64,000 nt of DNA, from positions 10,663,360-10,727,359 of the forward strand of contig NC_043019.1 in the NCBI RefSeq assembly GCF_006345805.1. The letters are read 5' to 3'. A program made the translations under genes and the position numbers. This document shows positions 49,561 through 63,759 of this stretch, one piece after another (the first letter of the stretch is position 1; every line of letters begins with the position of its first letter). The notes under the pieces are model-generated. The model was not told where the DNA came from, made no database searches, and saw nothing but the letters and a program-made list of their open reading frames with translations. This stretch comes from Octopus sinensis. Its lineage: Eukaryota.

Positions 49561-50221
49561 AATAGATGATTTTTTTAGTTCAAGAAAATGACACTTCCCA
49601 ACCGCTAAGTTCCAGGTTCAGTCCCACAGCATAGCACTTCACGCAAGTGTCTTCTATTACTGCTCTTGTACTGACCCAATACCTTGTAAGTGAATTTGAT
49701 GGACAGAAACTGTATGGAAGCCCATCGTGTGTGTGAGTGTGTGTGTGTCAAATCAGTCTTGATGCAACAGATCTATGATCAATGACGTTCCAGTTATGAC
49801 ATCTCCAATGGAATTGAACAATAGAACAAGAATGTCACATATGATACAGTAAGGCATTTGGTTCAGTACTTCACTTGTTCTGCCACGCCACAAAATGATG
49901 GATCCTCTATGCTGTCATTCAGCCTACAAGAAAGGATAGCCAAACCTCCCTCAAACCACACACTACCATCCTACCATCTTTAAAAAAAAAACTACACTAC
50001 CACTGCCATGATGACGATGACAATGACCGTCATCATCATCATCATCATCATCATCTAGTTTGTGTGTGTGTTGTGTTTGTTTTCCACCACTACTTGATGA
50101 CTGGTGTTAGTTTGTTTACATCCTTGTAGATTTTGGCTACAAAATCTTATATGGATCCCCAAGAGCCATATGGATCCTGGTTAAGGTGGACCACTGTTCT
50201 AGAGGTTAAATTGTTGCTTAA

Positions 50222-50485
50222 CCCTTTAGCATTCAGATTGATTTTTTTTTATTTCCCTCAAGGGGACAACATAGAAATTCAGATTACTCTGTTAAAAGTA
50301 ACATTTTTTTCAAAGTGTTTTGAATTAATCATGGATTATCTTGTAGCTTTGAAGTTTCAATGATGCAATTGTTGATTTTTAGAATGTCAGTGGAGGTTAG
50401 GTGTGAGGGGCCAGATATGGCCAGTTTGAATGTAAAACAAGTAGAATATATTGGGCTGGATTTGGCTAGTTTAAACACTAAAAGG
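50222..50485. mobile_element. piggyBac-type MITE
   Basis: TTAA|CCCTTTAG...CTAAAAGG|TCAA. Relatives at 54814-55034, ~32700-32850, ~52800-53372 (split by an RTE insert) and ~61945-62040. Confidence 0.7.
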
Positions 50486-50924
50486 TCAAGAACCCTGAGA
50501 GTAAAGACTGTAAAGGTTCGATCATGCTCAACTGCCAGAAGGAAATTGGAGGCCGGGGGGGGGGACAGAGAACAGCAACACGGTGACCTAGATTTAGTGT
50601 TAGAAACAAGTAGGTCAGTCTTGGCTGCACAGGAGGAAAGGGTTTACCACATCTCAGAAGAATGAGAGCAATAATTGTTACTTCCATAGGGGGGGCGTGA
50701 TATGAAAAGTCTAACATCTGAAGATTGTGTGTGGGGGGTATAGGAGAGTAGGGTATGGAGGGTGTTGGGCAGGGAAAGGATAGAGTGGGGTTGAAATAGG
50801 GATAGAGAAAGTATGAGGAGCAGGGATAGGGAGGTTGTGGGAGAGGTGATGTCAAGGGCATGAGGGGATGTGGAGATGGTGGAGGCGGGGGGAGGGGTAG
50901 AAGTTGCACAGTATGGATGTAGAC

Positions 50925-51143
50925 CAGTGCTTTTCAAACTTTTTGCTGGAGCGGAACCCCAAGAAAACATTCCACTGGCTCAAGGAACCCCTGTGCAATA
51001 ATTTAATTGTCCTATGCACACATATCTGCACAGGAGAATTAAAAATGACTGCCGATTTTAGCAGTTTTGTAACTTCTTGCGGAACGCCTGGACTGTACTG
51101 GCGGAACCCTAAGGTTCCGCGGAACCCTGGTTGAAAACCACTG
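50925..51143. mobile_element. 219-bp hAT (Charlie-like) MITE
   Basis: TIRs cagtgcttttcaa / ttgaaaaccactg; perfect 8-bp TSD atgtagac at 50917-50924 and 51144-51151. Confidence 0.92.
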
Positions 51144-51619
51144 ATGTAGACTATCGAGACCCCACCCCACCCTGCAAAGCATTAAGTAACCAAGGCACAA
51201 ACAAGCTTCAACCTGGGGAATTGAAATGGAAACAGGAATGGGGTAGATTCCATTCTTTATTCTCCAGAGACATAGAACCACCCCCAGAGAAAGCACAGGT
51301 AGATTAGTAGTGGTGACGGTGGTGGTGGTGGTTGGTGGTGGTAGTGGAAGCGTTACATCATGAACAAATCATCCTTCCATTCACTGCATCCGTTCTCCAC
51401 CAACATCACCACCACCCCCACACACATTACCATCAACGGTGGATGAATGGAGTATATGACTACCTACATCTCAAACGAGTTAAGTGAGCTACCCTGGGTG
51501 GTGATAATAGGTAAGCTGGAAGGTGGGTGGGTTACATCCGGGATCAGAATTGCCAGTAAGCCTGCACAGAAACTGAATTCAGTGCCTGCCAGCAAGGCCA
51601 GGGTGAGTAATTTAGTGTG

Positions 51620-51667
51620 TGTGTATATATATAAATATACATATAAATATACATATCAGAGAATGTG

Positions 51668-51705
<38 letters not shown>

Positions 51706-51747
51706 AACATATACACATATACACACACATACACATTCTCTGATATG

Positions 51748-51793
<46 letters not shown>

Positions 51794-51850
51794 GTATATA
51801 TGTGTATGTGCACATATATATATATTTATGTATATATGTGTATTTGCACA

Positions 51851-51903
<53 letters not shown>

Positions 51904-51935
51904 ATATATATATATATATATATGTATATATGTAA
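51620..51935. repeat. (TA)n/(CA)n compound microsatellite
   Basis: Direct observation. Confidence 0.95.
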
Positions 51936-52391
51936 GTTTACATCTTAAACATTTGGCACGAGTCCCAAATTTTCTCTCATAGAAACAACAGCATCCTCAC
52001 CAGCAGCAGTAGAAGCAGCAAAAAAATAATATAAAAAACTAAAAATACAAAATATAAAAAAAAAACAGAACAACTGCAAGACTGCAAGTCAGTGCTGTGT
52101 TGAATGGCAGCATAAGGTGTGTATTTCAAATTCTACAGAACAGATGTGAGTCTGACAATGAAAATTATGAAGACGTTTAGATGCTTAATTGAAACAAGGT
52201 GAGCGAATGGAATTTTCTAAGAGAACAAAAAAATTCCATGTAGTATAAGCTTTTCTCTTTCATCTTTCATTTGTTACACTTAGTTGTCTGTGGCCATGCT
52301 GGGGCACTGCCTTAAAAGGCTTTTAATTGAACAAATCTACCCCAGGCCCTACCTTTTTTTTTCCTAACCCTTTGGCATTTAGGTTACTCTC

Positions 52392-52790
52392 TCTTTACTC
52401 TTTTACTTGTTTCAGTCATTTGACTGCGGCCATGCTGGAGCACCGCCTTTAGTCGAGCAAATCGACCCCGGGACTTATTCTTTGTAAGCCCAGTACTTAT
52501 TCTATCGGTCTCTTTTGCCGAACCGCTAAGTGACGGGGACACACCAGCATCAGTTGTCAAGCAATGCTAGGGGGACAAACACAGACACACAAACACACAC
52601 ATATACACATATATATATATATATACGACAGGCTTCTTTCAGTTTCCGTCTACCAAATCCACTCACAAGGCATTGGTCGGCCCGAGGCTATAGCAGAAGA
52701 CACTTGCCCAAGATGCCACGCAGTGGGACTGAACCCGCAACCATGTGGTTGGTTAGCAAGTTACTTACCACACAGCCACTCCTGCGCCTA
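52392..52790 (-). mobile_element. SINE-A, young full-length copy
   Basis: Family match. Confidence 0.93.
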
Positions 52791-52919
52791 TACTCTGTCA
52801 AGTAATGCTTATATATTCACATTGTTTTGAATTAATCATGCATTATCTCACAGCTTTGCAATTTTGATGATTTTTTTTTTTTCAACATCAAAATAAAAAT
52901 CAAATGGAAATTGTAATTA

Positions 52920-53250
52920 AGACACCTGTGCCGGTGACACATAAAAAGCACTGTCCGAACGTGGCAGATGCCAGCGCCGCCTGACTGGCGTCTGTGTCGG
53001 TGACACATAAAAGCACCAACCGATTGTGGCCGTTTGCCAGCCTGCTCTGACCCGTACCGGTGGCACGTAAAAAGCACTCACTACACTCTCAGAGTTGTTG
53101 GCGTTAGGAAGGGCATCCAGCTGTAGAAACACTGCCAGATCAGACTGGTGCCTGGTGCAGCCTCCATGGCTTACCAGACCCCGGTTGAACCGTCCAACCT
53201 ATGCTAGCATGGAAAACGGACGTTAAATGATGATGATGATGATGATGATG
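52920..53250 (+). mobile_element. RTE 3' UTR fragment inserted in a piggyBac-type MITE
   Basis: Family match with (gat)n tail; MITE halves on both sides. Confidence 0.85.
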
Positions 53251-53911
53251 TGACTGTTTATCTTTAAAATGACATTGTAGGATAAGTGTGAAAGTCTGGA
53301 TCTGACCTGTTTGAACATAAAACATGTAGAATATTCAGGTTGGATATGGCCAGTTTAAATACTAGAGGGTTAAGCCTGGTACTTATTCTATCGGTCCCCT
53401 TTGCCAAAGTGTTAAGTTATGAAGATGTCAACAAATCAACACAGGTTGTGAAGTAGTGGTGGGGGACAAACAGAAACGCGCGCACACACACACACACACA
53501 GATGCACATGCGCATACAAACAGGCTTCTTTCAGTTTCAGTCTACCAAATCCATTCACGGGGCTTCAATCAGCCTGGGACTGTAGTAGAAGACACTTTCC
53601 CAGTGGCAAGCAAACTTCTTATCACACATCGGATGAACAGGAAAGTGTTTATGGAATTCATTAGAGTTTGCCAGAAGCTGTGTTCATAAAGGATTAATTA
53701 CACATGCATGTATAGCTGCACAAATGCATTGTCACCACTAGTAGGATTGGATTAGGATATTCACTGTGAAAGTGGCTAGTTTGATTAACTCTATTGCAAA
53801 TACCAGTTTAGAGTAATGACAAAATCTGGTGGTGATATATGTGGTGATGAGTGATGGTAGTGATGATGGTGGTGGTAATGCTGCTACTGCTTTTGTTTGT
53901 TTGTTGGTTTG

Positions 53912-54270
53912 TTGAGCGAAGCGGCCTTCATCCCTAGTGGGAGAAGTCCGAAATGTGATCCTTTGCTATTCGTAAGACCCGCAGAAGAGAAAGCAGGTCA
54001 ACCCCCGACACCGAGAGCATCAACGGATGGATGAATGCGCATCCAAGTTCAGCGGTTGCGTAGGAAGTCGGGGACAAGAAACAGGAAGAAAGAGTGAGAG
54101 AAAGTTGGAGCGAAAAAGTACAACAGGGGTCGCCACCACCCCCTGCCGGAGCCTCGTGGAGCTTTGGGTGTTTTCGCTCAATAAACACACACAACGCCCA
54201 GTCTGGGAATTGAAACCGCGATCCTCTGACTGCAAGTCCGCTTCCCTAACCATTGGGCCATTGCGCCTCC
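53912..54270 (-). mobile_element. SINE-D, full length, tail type 1
   Basis: ggaggcgcaatggccc head continuing into a CpG-rich 3' region. Confidence 0.85.
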
Positions 54271-54813
54271 TTGCTGCTGCTGCTGATGACAATGATAAAG
54301 ATGACAAATGTTGCTTATACTGCTAATGGTTATGATGATGATTATTGAGATGATGATAAAGATAGTAGTACAATAACAGTAGAAAAATGATACCAAGAGA
54401 AGGGTGGGGCAGGCAGTAGGATTTATTCAAAAGCCCCACCCAAAGAGTTACCAAATTCTTACTGCAGGGTATATATATCATCATCATATGTGTGTGTGCA
54501 GGCACAGGTGTGACTGTGATAAGAAACTTGCTTCCCAACCATATGGTTTAGGGTTCAGTCTCACTGTATGGCTCATTGGGCAAGTGTCTTCTACTAAAGC
54601 CTCTGAGTGGATAGGCAGAAACTGAAAGAGAGAGTGAGAGAGAGTAGGTGTGTGTGTGAATCTGTCTCCAACCACCACTTGCCAACCAGTGTTGGTTTGT
54701 TTACATCCTTGTGACTCAGCAGTTAAACAAAAGAAACTGATAGAATAAATACCAGGCTTAAAAGATAAGAACTGGGATCGATTCATTTGACTAAAACCCT
54801 TCAGAACATTTAG

Positions 54814-55034
54814 CCCTTTAGCATTTAAACCGGCCATATCCGGCCAAAAGTATTCTACCTGTTTTATGTTCAAACTGGCCAGATCTGGTCTCTCACACCA
54901 ACCCTACAATATCATTTTAAAAATTAACAGCTACCTCATCAAAATCTCATAGCACCAAGATAATGCCTGATTAGTTCAAGGCAATGTGAATAAAAAAGGA
55001 TTAATTTTGGCAGAATAATGCGAACACTAAAGGG
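54814..55034. mobile_element. piggyBac-type MITE
   Basis: ttag|CCCTTTAG...CTAAAGGG|TTAA. Confidence 0.78.
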
Positions 55035-55710
55035 TTAAGGCATTACACCCAACATGGCCACAGTTCAATGTCTTAAACGAGTAAAAGGTTATATATCCCA
55101 GCAGTAATGGCAGTGCCCCAGCATGGCCGCAGCTCTTGAGCTGAAACTAGCAAAGAAAAATAAAAATATGTATATATGTCTATAGGTACATATGAGGGGT
55201 GGTGGCTGGGGATGGGGTGAGTAGCTAACCTAGCCCACATTGCACAACTTGTCACCCACAAGGCATCTGTTCCACTCCTTTTCAACAAAGAGCACAAGAA
55301 CATGAAAAACTGAACATTCAACATCCAGCGACAGGAGTCTGGTTGTCATGACTACCGCAACATGAGGACTGAAGGGGTGCAGGAGGGAACAAGGAGTGAG
55401 AGTGAGAGAAAGAAGTGGGGGAGGGGGGCTCTACCCCCAGAAGTTGGAGAAGGAGCAGAACAGTAGTTTCATTATTTTATTTGTTTCAGTAATTTGATTG
55501 CGGCCATGCTGGAGCACCACCTTATTTTTTAGTCAAACAAATTGACCCCTGGACTTATTCTTTGTAAGCCTAGTACTTATTCTATTGGTCTCTTTTGCTG
55601 AACCGCTAAGTTACAGCCACATAAACACACTATGTTCTTGTGTCAAGGCGGCGCTGGCATCGGCCATGTTCGGATGGTGCTTTTTACATGCCACCGGCAC
55701 AGTATGTATA

Positions 55711-55819
<109 letters not shown>

Positions 55820-55847
55820 TATATATATAATATATATATATATATGT

Positions 55848-56132
55848 GGAGGCACAATGGCCCAGTGGTTAGGGCAGCGGACTCGCGGTCATAGGATCGC
55901 GGTTTCGATTCCCAGACCGGGCGTTGTGAGTGTTTATTGAGCGAAAACACCTAAAAGCTCCACGAGGCTCCAGCAGGAGGTGGTGATCCCTGCTGTACTC
56001 TTTCACCACTCTTTCTTCGGTTGGCCTGCTCGCTTAGCCAGCGGGGTGGCGTCATTCGAAGGCTAAAACAATGCAAACGCATTGTGACCAGTGATGTGTA
56101 ACTACATCTGATGGACTGGTCGGTTACGTGAT
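55848..56132 (+). mobile_element. SINE-D, full length, tail type 2
   Basis: Same head as 54270 up to actctttct, then an unrelated 3' region. Confidence 0.85.
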
Positions 56133-56654
56133 ATATATATATACCATTATTCATCATCATGATCATTTAACATCCACTTTTCCATGCTTGCATAGGTCAG
56201 ACAGAATCTACAGAGAAAGGATCTTCTTCTACAGCCAGATGCCCTTCTCTTACTTGTGGCTGAATACTCCACAGATGCATGTACTCTTAGCGTATCTCTT
56301 AAACAAAATCAGTGTGACATTGCATGGCACAACAAGGCTGGCGATTCGAATTATTGCATACAAACATCCAAACAGGCTTCAGCACAGTTTCTGCCTACCA
56401 ATGTCACCAAGAAAAATCAGGTCAATTCCTGGCTGTGGTAAAAAGACATACGTGGGTGACATCACAGTGGGATTGAACTTGCAATCAAATGATTGCGAAG
56501 CAAACATCTTAACCATTTGGCCATGCTACATCTATGTAATCTACTAGTTACATACTATACTTACAAGCATGAATACATTATACACACACTCAACATTCTA
56601 CATACATACACACACTCTGCATCATACTTACACACACTCACTATACACCATACT

Positions 56655-56860
56655 ATTTCTTTATTACCCACAAGGGGCTAAACATAGAGGGGACAAACAA
56701 GGACAGACAAAGGGATTAAGTCGATTACATCGACCCCAGTGCGTAACTGGTACTTTATTTATCGACCCCGAAAGGATGAAAGGCAAAGTTGACCTCAGCG
56801 GAATTTGAACTCACAACGTAATGTAACGGTAGACGAAATACCACGAAGCATTTCGCCCAG
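56655..56860 (-). mobile_element. SINE-B monomer
   Basis: Family match. Confidence 0.9.
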
Positions 56861-57881
56861 TGGTATACACCATACATACCTACACACACTCTATACCACA
56901 CAAACACACACACACATACTATACAGATGCACACATTCTCACACACAGTCCCTATCTACCTTACTTAGTTTGTTGGGGGGGGGATAAGAATGCCAAGAAA
57001 GTCAGTGAATACTTTCCAAAATAACACTTTCTCCGCTATCGAGGTCCCCCACCCATCATCTCAAGCTAAAAAAAAATGGGGGGGCGCTGCACCATCAATT
57101 AGTTAACCCTAATACTACCACTTCACATACACAGAAGAGAGGAAGTATGTAAGGAGTTGGGTGATTGGGGGTTGCAAAAAAAACTAGGGGGAAAAAAAAG
57201 AGAGCAGTAGCTGGTTCTATCTTTAGTAGATAGCAGCTAAAAATGTCCAAAGTGTATGTGTATATGTATGCATGTATATCTATGTGTATGTATATATATA
57301 TGTGTATGTGTATATATTTATAGCAACTAAATGGAATGTTTTGGGTGTCAAAGTTGACAGATAACCTTCAGTTAATTGTTAGGCCTGTCTAGCACAGGTG
57401 TCCTACCAACAACCGCATAAGTGCTTTCTCAATTTGCAGCCAACATACACACCAGTGCATGCACACATACACACACACACACACATGTACATAGGTACAT
57501 GCATACACTCATGGATACATACTATGCATGCATGCATGCATGCAATACTTGCATGTATACAAATACATTTACATACACAAATCAACCCCGGCACCTTCGA
57601 CTATAGCCCCAGGCTGACCAAAGCCTTGCGAGAGGATTTAGTAGACAGAAGAAACCTGTCATGAGACAGACAGACAGAGTGTGTGTGTGTGTGTGTGAGT
57701 ATTACTGTCTCCTTGCAATGACGTTATGTGCAAGCTGTAAGCGAGTGTCACCAACATACGATGAACCTATGGCATGTTATTCAAGCACTCAACTACAAGT
57801 TCACAGCATCTTGTAGCAGAAACAGCTGTAAGCTATTGAAGTTCATAACAAAACTATTGTTTTTCCTGTCATCTCTTATAT

Positions 57882-57920
<39 letters not shown>

Positions 57921-58309
57921 CAAAAGGATGTGCTATAATACTATTCCACAGCCATACCAACAATCCGACAAACCTCCATCATCAGCTGCCCCATGGATAT
58001 CATTATGGTTTTGACACATGGACAGTACCACTCAATCCGGCGGTGTCAACAGCACTACTATAAGTGTTGTTTGGGAACAAACAAACCAAAGAAACGACAA
58101 CTTTGAAACACATTTACCCAATGTACAACCGTATCAATAAATAAATTCCATAAGTAAATTACAACGACTCCTAAATGCATAACTAAACAGCGAAAACTCT
58201 ATTAAATCATACAAAATTATAATCCCTACTGTCTTCTATAGTGTAATATAAAAGAAAAAGCTTAATAACCACATTATTACAATCATGATCTTTGTTTCAG
58301 AAAATAATA

Positions 58310-58905
58310 ATGGCAGACCCTCAGCTAACTCAAGAAATGAAGATGCATGCTGTTGTGGTTATAAAGGCTGAGTATAGTGATTTAGAGTTAACTCTGCCGC
58401 CTACATTGAGGTCCTGGAAACAATTGTTAAGCCCTGGATAGACAGTGTATGCAATGGAAGGCCATATGTGTTTCAGTAATACTCTACAATATGACACATG
58501 GCTCTAGTAACACAGGAATGGATGGCTGAAACTTTTCACGATCACATAACCCCTAACATTTGGCCTCCTAATTCCCCATATTTCAATCCATTGGACTATT
58601 ACATGTGGAGTATTGTTGAGAGAGAGGTCAATGAACATGCCCATAATACCAAAGATTCTTTGAAAGCTGCCATAGTCAGAGTAATGTCCAAAATGAACCA
58701 GGGCCACTTGATTTGAGCATGGAGATGATTTAGATCTCATATAGAAGCAGTTGTTGAAGCTGAAGGTGGCTTCATTGAATAACATTATAGAAAAGAAGGT
58801 TTATTTTTATCCTCATAGCATTTTTTGATAAATAAAGTTATTATCTATTATATATGTTTTTTTTTTATAAACATAAATCTGTCCTCAAATATCTTACGCA
58901 CCCTG
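58310..58905 (+). mobile_element. Second internally deleted DD37D (maT-type) transposon remnant
   Basis: MADPQLTQEMK... stub joined to VNSAAYIEVLETIVKPW...ITPNIWPPNSPYFNPLDYYMWS...AVVEAEGGFIE*. Right end atcttacgcaccctg|TA; left TIR not found. Confidence 0.85.
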
Positions 58906-59189
58906 TATATAGATATATATATATACATATTTACATATATATGTAATATATATATATATATATTCATTTACTTGTTTCAATCATTTTGACTGTGGCCATG
59001 CTGTAGCACTGCCTTCTAGTTGCACAAATCAATCTCAGGGCTTATTCATATATATATGATGGGTTTTTTTCAGTTTCTACCTAAAAAAAAATCCATTCTC
59101 AAGGCTTTGGTTGGTCCGGGATTATAGTGCCACATAATGGGACTGAACTCAAAATCACATGATGAACAGTCATATATGTGCTATGCATC

Positions 59190-59480
59190 ATCATCATCAT
59201 CATTTAACCAGTGCTGGCAAGCAGGAGAACTGTACCAAGTTCCAGTCTTATTGGCCCGGTTTCTATGGCTGGATGCTGTTCCTAATGCCAACCACTTTAC
59301 AGTGCATGTTGGGTGCTTTTAATGTGGCACCAGCACAGGGCATTTGCAGGCCAAACTTCATCAGCAGGAGCAGTCTTAACACTTCTGCTGTGAAGGATGG
59401 GTTTTCTTGAGTACAAGGCACCAGATATCTCGGTCCTTTGTCATCTCCTCTGTAAGGTTCAGTGTCTTGAGGTCGTCCTA
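59190..59480 (-). mobile_element. Old RTE 3' fragment with ORF2 C-terminal remnant
   Basis: Minus strand DDLKTLNLTEEMTKDRDIW..VLKKT, then 3' UTR and (gat)n tail. Confidence 0.75.
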
Positions 59481-60039
59481 TGCAATGTATTAAAAACACA
59501 CAAGATCACTAAATACCCTGGCATCATTTTCTGACTTCAAGACTCCATGGCACATCTGTGGACCACATAAGCAAATTGCTTGAAAACATGTAGTCTAGGT
59601 GAGTGCTTGACACTGCTAGAAATAGCACCTAAAATTCTGTTATGAATCATAGCCTACCCTCTTAATACAGATATAGAAAGGCACATTGGATGATGTAATC
59701 TTAGATGCACAGTGCCTAGGGAAAAAACACGATAAATTGAGTAGCCAAGGGCTAAAACAACTGGAAGTGTACTTCATGGAACAACATATGGTGTCACAAG
59801 TACCATAAGATATGCTATAACTGTGTGTGCTTATTTACTGAAGATAAGCAAAGATAAAAGTTAATAAGAAAATAAAAATAAAAGCGCAAAGGTAAATGAT
59901 AGATAAGATTCATTATTTAGATATTTTTTTGTTTAAATTAATCAGGAGAGATAGGGCAGTGCCCTTGACCTTTGCATGACCTCCCTACCTGGGAAGATCG
60001 AGTGTATGTGTCTAAGTATATATGTGTGTGTATGTTTGT

Positions 60040-60770
60040 AAGTATGCATGCATACACATATGCATATAACACACTGATGTATGCATTTCTGTATGCTTGC
60101 AAAATATGCATGTATGCATGCATATGTAGGCATACAACGTATCTATCTATCTATCTATCTATATATATATATATATAAAGTCAAATACAAAAAAACAATA
60201 TATATATATATCTTTATGCATGCTTGTATATGCATATATACAGTTACATACAATCTGCAAGCATGCACACATGTTTATCCCTCTATGTGTATGCATACAC
60301 ATATGCATATACACACACTGATGTATGCATTTCTGTATACTTGCAAAGTATGTATGTATGTATGCACATGTAGGCATAAAATATCATCATCATCATCGTC
60401 ATTTAACTTCCGCTTTCCATGCTAGCATGGGTTGGACGATTTGCCTGAGGGCTGGCGAACCAGAAGGCTGCACCAGGCTCCAATCTCGATCTGGCAGAGT
60501 TTCTACAGCTGGATGCCCTTCCTAACGCCAACCATTCCGAGAGTGTAGTGGATGCTTTTACGTGCCACAGGCATGAGGGCCAGTCAGGCGGTACTGGCAA
60601 CGATATTTATATATATATATGTCTATATGCATGCTTGTATATGCATATATACAGTTACATACAATCTGCAAGCATGCATGCAGACCATGTCATGCATGCA
60701 TGTATGCATGCTCATGCACACCATGTGTGAGTGTGCACACATGTCTATCCCTCTATGTGTATGCACAGAT
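60040..60770. repeat. Local tandem duplication (X-Y-X-[RTE 3' fragment 60385-60605]-Y)
   Basis: acacactgatgtatgcatttctgtat... and cagttacatacaatctgcaagcatgc... each occur twice. Confidence 0.8.
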
Positions 60771-61189
60771 TTTGGTTGTGCAGTTCATCCATTATAAACT
60801 GCCACAACCCCTAAACACACACACACACACACACACAAATTTCAGTGTTCCAACCTAACGCCATGCCAACCACTACATCACACCCAACCTCAACAAAAAG
60901 CAAAATGCTACTTTACTAACCGATCTACCTCCTCACTCATGCATTACCCAAAACCCTTAACTCCAGTGACATCTTTAGACATGGGTACACCAAACAGTTG
61001 CTCAGGTCCCTCCTGGTCTAGGGCCCAATTCTGATCCATATATGCTACGGCTTCATCATCATCATCAACATCTGTTTTCCATATTATATACATCATATGA
61101 GATGTATGGGTGCCAGGGAAATATGACCTGTGTATCACATGACAGGCAAAGGGTCGATAGATAACTGGTCCTCCATTGGATACAGCAAT

Positions 61190-61735
61190 GAGGGTTGCAG
61201 TTGATCTGATCAACAGAACAGCCTGCTTGTGAAATTAACATGTAAGTGGCTGAGCACTCCACAGACACATATACCCTTAATGAAGTTCTTGGGGGGAGAT
61301 TCAGCATGACACAGAGTGTGATAAGGGCTGACCCTTTGAAATACTGGTACAACTCATTTTTGCCAGCTGGAGAAAAAAAAAAATTCAAGTGAGGTCGGTG
61401 CCAGTACCGCCTGACTGGTCCCCGTGCCATTGGCACGTAAAAGCATCCACTACACTCTCGGAGTGGTTGGCGTTAGGAAGGGCATCCAGCTGTAGAAACT
61501 CTGCCAGATCAAGACTGGAGTCTGGTGCAGCCATCTGGTTCGCCAGCCCACAGTCGAACCATCGAACCCATGCTAGTATGGAAAACGGACGTTAGACGAC
61601 GATGATGATGATGATGAGAGGACTGGAGCAAGGTGAAATAAAGTGTCTTGTTCAAGGAGACAATGCACTATGCAGTATCAAACTCACAGCCTTACAATCA
61701 TGAGCCAAACACCCTAACCATTAAGCCACAAGCAA
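61190..61735 (-). mobile_element. SINE-E interrupted by an RTE 3' fragment (61390-61617, plus)
   Basis: SINE-E sequence resumes at gactggagcaag after the (gat)n tail. Confidence 0.8.
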
Positions 61736-62044
61736 ATAAACAACAGAAACAAGCCTCTCCCTACAGTAAAAAAAATATAAATAAATAAAAACAATTCCAC
61801 TCAGCCCAAATCTCTCACCTATACACCTGAACTGGCAGTCATTGGAACAAAACGCCTATCAGTATTTGTTGCAGCTAAGTTCAACTCCTGCTGAGATCAA
61901 CGTTACCTTTCAACTCTCATGGGTCAAGTATTAGAGTCAATTTAACCCTTTATCATTCAGATTTCTTTGTCAAATGCAATGCTTATTTTTTCAAATTATC
62001 TTGAATTAATCAAACATTATCTTGTGGCTTTGAGATTTCGATAA

Positions 62045-62710
62045 TCATCATCAGCATCATCATTTAACATCCGTTTTCCATGCTAGCATGGGTTGGATGG
62101 TTCGACCGGGGTCTGGGAAGCCAGGAGGCTGCACCAGGCTCCAGTCTGATCTGGCAGTGTTTCTACAGCTTGATGCCCTTCCTAACGCCAATCACCCCCG
62201 TGAGTGTAGTAGGTGCTATTTACGTGCCACTGGCACAGGGGCCAGAGGAGGCTGGCAAACGGCCACAATCGGTTGGTGCTTTTACGTGTCACCAACTTTT
62301 GGTATTTTTTATATAGGCTTAGGAATGGCTGTGTGGTAAGTAGCTTGCTTACCAACCACATGATTCCGGGTTCAATCCCACTGCATGGCACCTTGGGCAA
62401 GTGTCTTCTGCTATAGCCTCGGGCCGACCAAAGCCTTGTGAGTGGATTTGGTAGACGGAAACTGAAAGAAGCCTGTCGTATATATGTATATATATATGTG
62501 TGTGTCTGTGTTTGTCCCCCCCAACATCGCTTGACAACCGATGCTGGTGTGTTTACGTCCCTGTAACTTAGTGGTTCAGCAAAAGAGACTGATAGAATAA
62601 GTACTAGGCTTACAAAGAATAAGTCCTGGGGTCGATTTGCTCGACTAAAGGCAGTGCTCCAGCATGGCCACAGTCAAATGACTGAGACAAGTAAAAGAGT
62701 AAAAGAGATA
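62045..62710. mobile_element. RTE 3' fragment (minus, 62045-62295) abutting a full SINE-A (plus, 62320-62710)
   Basis: Family matches. Confidence 0.9.
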
Positions 62711-63759
62711 TCTACTATCATTAGTGGAATAGCCATGAAATTAAATTTTGCAGTTAAAGGGTTAATGCTATAATTAAAGGAAGACCTTGCAAAGTGAGAG
62801 GAGGGGACGTTACCAACACTTAACGATATTTATTAATTATTATTATTACATAATGTAAGCAAAAAAAAAAACTTCAACTAGCAATGAGAAATCAGTACAA
62901 ATGTAAGATAAACACAAGTGTCTGACGATGGGGGGGGGCAGGGAAGGGGTTGTCGTCAACTCAACCTTTCTACCATTATACAATTATAGAAATGGGGGTG
63001 CAGAGGGGGGAAGGAGCAGGGGATGCTGGGAGTCGGGAGGAGGGGGAAATAATGACAGATACAAGAAGCTCTTGATCTCAGAAGTTATTCGAAGTTTCTT
63101 ACACACACACAGACACACACATGCATGTTCCCACCGTTACCACTGCTCTAGCAGTGTTGTTGTTGTTGTTGGTGGTGGTGGTGATGGTAGCGGTGGTGCA
63201 GAGAAGTGAAAGTAGAGGCTTTGCATGTTGTTACATAGAGTGGAATGGAGCAGACAGTCGAGTCGAGTCGGTTAAACGGGTCTTAATTTTGACAGCTCTC
63301 CTTGGCAGGATAAACAACTTAACTGCAACACTTAGTCAACCACTACAACAACAACCATAACAACAACAACCACCACCACCACCACCACTACTACTACTAC
63401 AGCCATCACTACTGTTAGTATAAACAATTATAATCAGCTACATAGCAATTCAAAACTATCCTCTATCTCATCATCATCATCATCATCTTTGAACTCACAC
63501 CCTCACAATTGTAAGTCTAACACTCTGACCACTGAGGCCATGCACCCTCACATGTTATACCCGATATAGTATCGTTTTAACATCCAATTTCCGTGCTTGC
63601 ATGAGTCAGACGAAATATGTTAAGGTGGATTTTCTTATGGTTGGGTGCCCTTCCTGTCACCTACCCTCACTTGTTGTTTCTAAGCAGCGCAATGTTTCCC
63701 ACATGACCAGACATGATTTTTGCAGAAGCCTGGAAATGAAGGACCCCACTTGCAGGACA

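Noticed and set aside
50720-50900. G-run clusters as G-quadruplexes (also ~34480-34580, 38945-39070, 62930-63050)
   Set aside because: Irregular runs in low-complexity DNA with no link to a supported feature.
53940-54040. Possible HDV-like ribozyme in the SINE-D tail
   Set aside because: Only a simple 7-bp hairpin (gacctgc/gcgggtc) is evident; I could not build the nested double pseudoknot.
55848-55925. tRNA gene calls for SINE-D, -E, -A and -B heads
   Set aside because: A and B boxes are present but no acceptor stem or complete cloverleaf forms, and each continues into SINE body sequence.
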